Shown here: positions 62,501-64,000 of the stretch, one piece after another
Position numbering within the stretch: the first letter of the stretch is position 1
Layout: every line of letters begins with the position of its first letter
Origin: Haliotis rufescens
Taxonomy: Eukaryota
Assembly: GCF_023055435.1 (NCBI RefSeq)
Contig: NW_025964223.1
Coordinates: forward strand, 10,044,001 to 10,108,000
Direction: 5' to 3'
Length of the DNA: 64,000 nt
Notes under the pieces: model-generated
What the model was told of the DNA's origin: nothing
The model's input: only the letters and a program-made list of their open reading frames with translations
Database searches by the model: none
Program-made: the position numbers and the translations under genes

Positions 62501-62845
62501 TTTATATACACAATGTCACTGATACAATCTGATCATCATACCATCATTCAATAAACATTTCTATTCTGAATGTCATAGTGGAACGTGATGTGTATGTTAA
62601 AGTGTAACATCGATGGTAATATTATATTGATATTGTCCTAAAGTGATACAAGTATATTCAATAAAGGAACCTGTATCCACTAAGACCATATTTGAGATTT
62701 GTGAAGCTCCAGATTCGTTGCTTTCAGGGACGTGTACGACATTGCAGATGCATCTCCTGTTCATGCTGAGCTGATTCCACTTGAATCTAAGTCCGAGACG
62801 AAAGAAGGCAAAGTTGAAGATTCTAACAATGTCCTACTTCTGTGA
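44444..62845 (+). CDS. SLC22-family transporter gene B, complete, 10 coding exons, 568 aa
   Basis: Exons 44444-44589, 49068-49305, 51543-51646, 53782-53936, 58564-58729, 59203-59421, 59890-60116, 61128-61309, 61531-61682, 62728-62845 sum to 1707 nt, give one open frame ending in TGA, and all introns are GT-AG; same motifs as gene A. Confidence 0.95.
44845..45110 (+). mobile_element. Retroposon family S1, full length (small deletion in head)
   Basis: Aligns to 57634-57909. Confidence 0.88.
45857..46900 (-). mobile_element. Mariner-family transposon relic
   Basis: TACGAGGG terminus at 45857; TGDET, HYDPESKRQSMEW, LHDNASSH, HPPYTPDLTPSDFHLF motifs; other TIR not found. Confidence 0.88.
48212..48478 (-). 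mobile_element. Retroposon family S1, full length
   Basis: TSD CTGTGAACT(A/T)ATG at 48199-48211 and 48478-48490. Confidence 0.9.
48787..49049 (-). mobile_element. RTEX/CR1-type LINE 3' end fragment
   Basis: GGCCTGTGGCC..AATAAAGATTGATTG end resembles 31945-31995; 7-bp TSD ACTTGTT. Confidence 0.65.
49068..49305 (+). CDS. SLC22 gene B exon 2
   Basis: ttgtcag|G TGC GCT ATT CCA...GAG ACG|gtgagt; 238 nt. Confidence 0.92.
50591..50944 (+). mobile_element. tRNA-headed SINE family S3, full length (body resembles Meta-domain SINEs, tentative)
   Basis: A box TGGTCTTGTGG, B box GGTTCGATCCC, LINE-type tail; 12-bp TSD TTAAATATACGA; fragments at 50305-50454(-), 4025-4140(-), 31080-31108(+). Confidence 0.9.
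51543..51646 (+). CDS. SLC22 gene B exon 3
   Basis: ttccag|ATG GGT TTT GTC TGC...GAC AT|gtgagt; 104 nt. Confidence 0.92.
53185..53511 (+). mobile_element. I/Nimb-type LINE 3' UTR insertion starting at the structured domain
   Basis: 12-bp TSD TCTCTGTGTAAA at 53173-53184 and 53512-53523; aligns to 17762-18101. Confidence 0.92.
53782..53936 (+). CDS. SLC22 gene B exon 4
   Basis: ctgcag|G TTT GGA AGA AGG...TTT G|gtatgt; 155 nt. Confidence 0.92.
55001..56245 (+). mobile_element. Tc1-family transposon relic in gene B intron 4
   Basis: AIGMLGAG..., VADRPRQG, TVRRRL, VIFSDESHF, VMVWGAI, FKHDNARPH, WPSRSPDLNPIEHL; right TIR not found. Confidence 0.9.
56812..57021 (+). mobile_element. I/Nimb-type LINE 3' tail insertion
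   Basis: 13-bp TSD TCCATTTGTCAAT; aligns to 53320-53511. Confidence 0.88.
57214..57490 (-). mobile_element. tRNA-headed SINE family S2, full length
   Basis: Near-identical to 4141-4419. Confidence 0.88.
57634..57909 (+). mobile_element. Retroposon family S1, best full-length copy
   Basis: Perfect 11-bp TSD ACTTAAGATTT; (AACC)n tail; older fragments at 52650-52770(-), 58285-58480, 59590-59710, 60355-60500. Confidence 0.93.
58564..58729 (+). CDS. SLC22 gene B exon 5
   Basis: aacag|GC ATG GAG ATA...GTA TA|gtaagt; 166 nt. Confidence 0.9.
59203..59421 (+). CDS. SLC22 gene B exon 6
   Basis: cacag|T TTT ATC CCA GAG TCT CCA AGA TGG...TG|gtacga; 219 nt. Confidence 0.92.
59890..60116 (+). CDS. SLC22 gene B exon 7
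   Basis: ttccag|G TTT GCA...ACA C|gtaagt; 227 nt. Confidence 0.92.
60828..61000 (+). mobile_element. Short tRNA-headed SINE family S4
   Basis: TGTCTGGTGGTTAAAGCG A-box region, GGTTCGATCCC B box, LINE-type tail ending ACTCAGTCACTCA; second copy at 54755-54850(-). Confidence 0.8.
61128..61309 (+). CDS. SLC22 gene B exon 8
   Basis: ccag|CG GAG AAA TGG...TTG|gtaagt; 182 nt. Confidence 0.92.
61531..61682 (+). CDS. SLC22 gene B exon 9
   Basis: ttcag|ACG ATG TAT...GGG AC|gtaagt; 152 nt. Confidence 0.92.
62728..62845 (+). CDS. SLC22 gene B terminal coding exon 10 (DVYDIADASPVHAELIPLES...NVLLL*)
   Basis: ctttcag| acceptor in the correct phase; acidic cytoplasmic tail ending in TGA. No paralog exon in window to confirm it. 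Confidence 0.75.
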
Positions 62846-63204
62846 AACAATACTCTGAAATGAACCTATCTTTAAGCCAATTCCTGGACTCGGTGTCGTA
62901 AACTAAGAACGTCACTGTCCTGTAACAGAAATATAAACGGATGAGTTTTTCATGACTTCAAACGGGAATCCCTAAATGTGCACATGCAAACAACTACATT
63001 GTACCTGTAATAATGACGTTTCGCGGATTTACGTTAGACCCATAAATTTTAAGTTGTTAAAGTTCATTGGTGACGGGAGCTGAAGGTAAGCAGGACATGC
63101 TTGACCTTTTCGCGAACACCTCATGTCATCACTGATTTTCAGTGATCCATTCACATATTTGTCGCCGCTATTTTGCCTTTTACGACCAATAAAAGGATCC
63201 TTCT

Positions 63205-63690
63205 CCGTGGCTCTGTTTCTTCATGCATATGAATCGGAATTTCTGAAGTTTAAGAAGCCAAACAGTGTGGGCTTCAGGTGTATTGATGATCTGATATCGT
63301 TCAATAACAATCAAATGGCCAATCACCTTCCACTGATTTACCCATCTAAACTAGAAATAAAGGAGACCAGTGAGACCGCCTCATTTGTTTCATATTTAGA
63401 TGTATGCAAAAAAGATTCAGAGTGACAAAACACTCTCCACAAGACCGGATAACTTTCCAATGGTCAATTTTCCCTTCATGTCGAGCAATATTCCAGCAAA
63501 TCCAGTCTTTGGAATTTACATTTCACAACTTTTAAGATACAATCGAGCATGCTCTTTTTCCCAAGATTTCACAGAACGTTATACGACACTTGCACATAAG
63601 TTGTTTGATCAAGGTTACAACATTCAAGGCCTCAGTAAAGTTTTCAAAATGTTTTATGGTAGAAATGTGGAGGACGTGTTTTTCAGGTGA
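63205..63690 (+). mobile_element. Penelope-like RT C-terminal remnant
   Basis: FRCIDDLISFNN, IYPSKLEIKET, SYLD, VNFPFMSSNIP, GIYISQLLRY. Confidence 0.7.
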
Positions 63691-63774
63691 ACACTTGACT
63701 TGCCTTTGTATGTGTTTGTGACGGGTGCCACCGGTGAAGCAGGGTACATTTTCGTGAACATTTATTTTTATTAT

Positions 63775-63910
63775 TATTTACAGATTAAAATAAAAAATGC
63801 AGCAAAGAGGGTTTGGGTGATCCTGGCACAGTCAGGCTGGTTAGGCTCATCATCAGCTCAGGGCCCTTGTCCTCTTTACACGCATCCCAGACAGTGAATG
63901 GGACTTCTCC
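63775..63910 (-). mobile_element. R4/Dong-type element 3' end fragment
   Basis: Near-identical to 5693-5828; abuts a TTA repeat. Confidence 0.8.
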
Positions 63911-64000
63911 CAGGAAGCGCAACACGTGGCACACTCATGTCAGAAATAGCAAACTTTTGACAAAAAGAGGGCCCACGTTAAGCTGGAATTGGAGGTAGTA

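Noticed and set aside
63820-63870. CTGATGA on the minus strand in the R4/Dong 3' UTR as a hammerhead core
   Set aside because: No downstream GAAA or stem II/III, and the other copy reads TTGATGA.

Overview
AT-rich animal genomic DNA, probably molluscan and abalone-like (inferred from the SINE/LINE repertoire). It holds two intron-rich paralogous SLC22-family (MFS organic ion transporter) genes in divergent orientation. Gene A is on the minus strand: 9 coding exons at 13885->1147, with the last exon off the left edge. Gene B is on the plus strand and complete: 10 coding exons at 44444-62845, 568 aa. Introns and the ~30 kb spacer (which contains a 132-N gap) are packed with mobile DNA: RNase H-bearing I/Nimb-type LINEs, RTEX/CR1-type LINEs, an R4/Dong-type element, Penelope-like elements, Tc1 and mariner relics, MITEs, several SINE families and two minisatellites. 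The most interesting signal is RNA structure tied to the I/Nimb-type LINE. (i) A compact pseudoknot + hairpin motif marks the apparent 5' end of the LINE and the exact 5' end of a ~275-bp non-tRNA retroposon that also carries the LINE's 3' tail. (ii) A ~114-nt multi-stem domain in the LINE 3' UTR shows compensatory base changes across three copies. All structures are hand-folded and untested.
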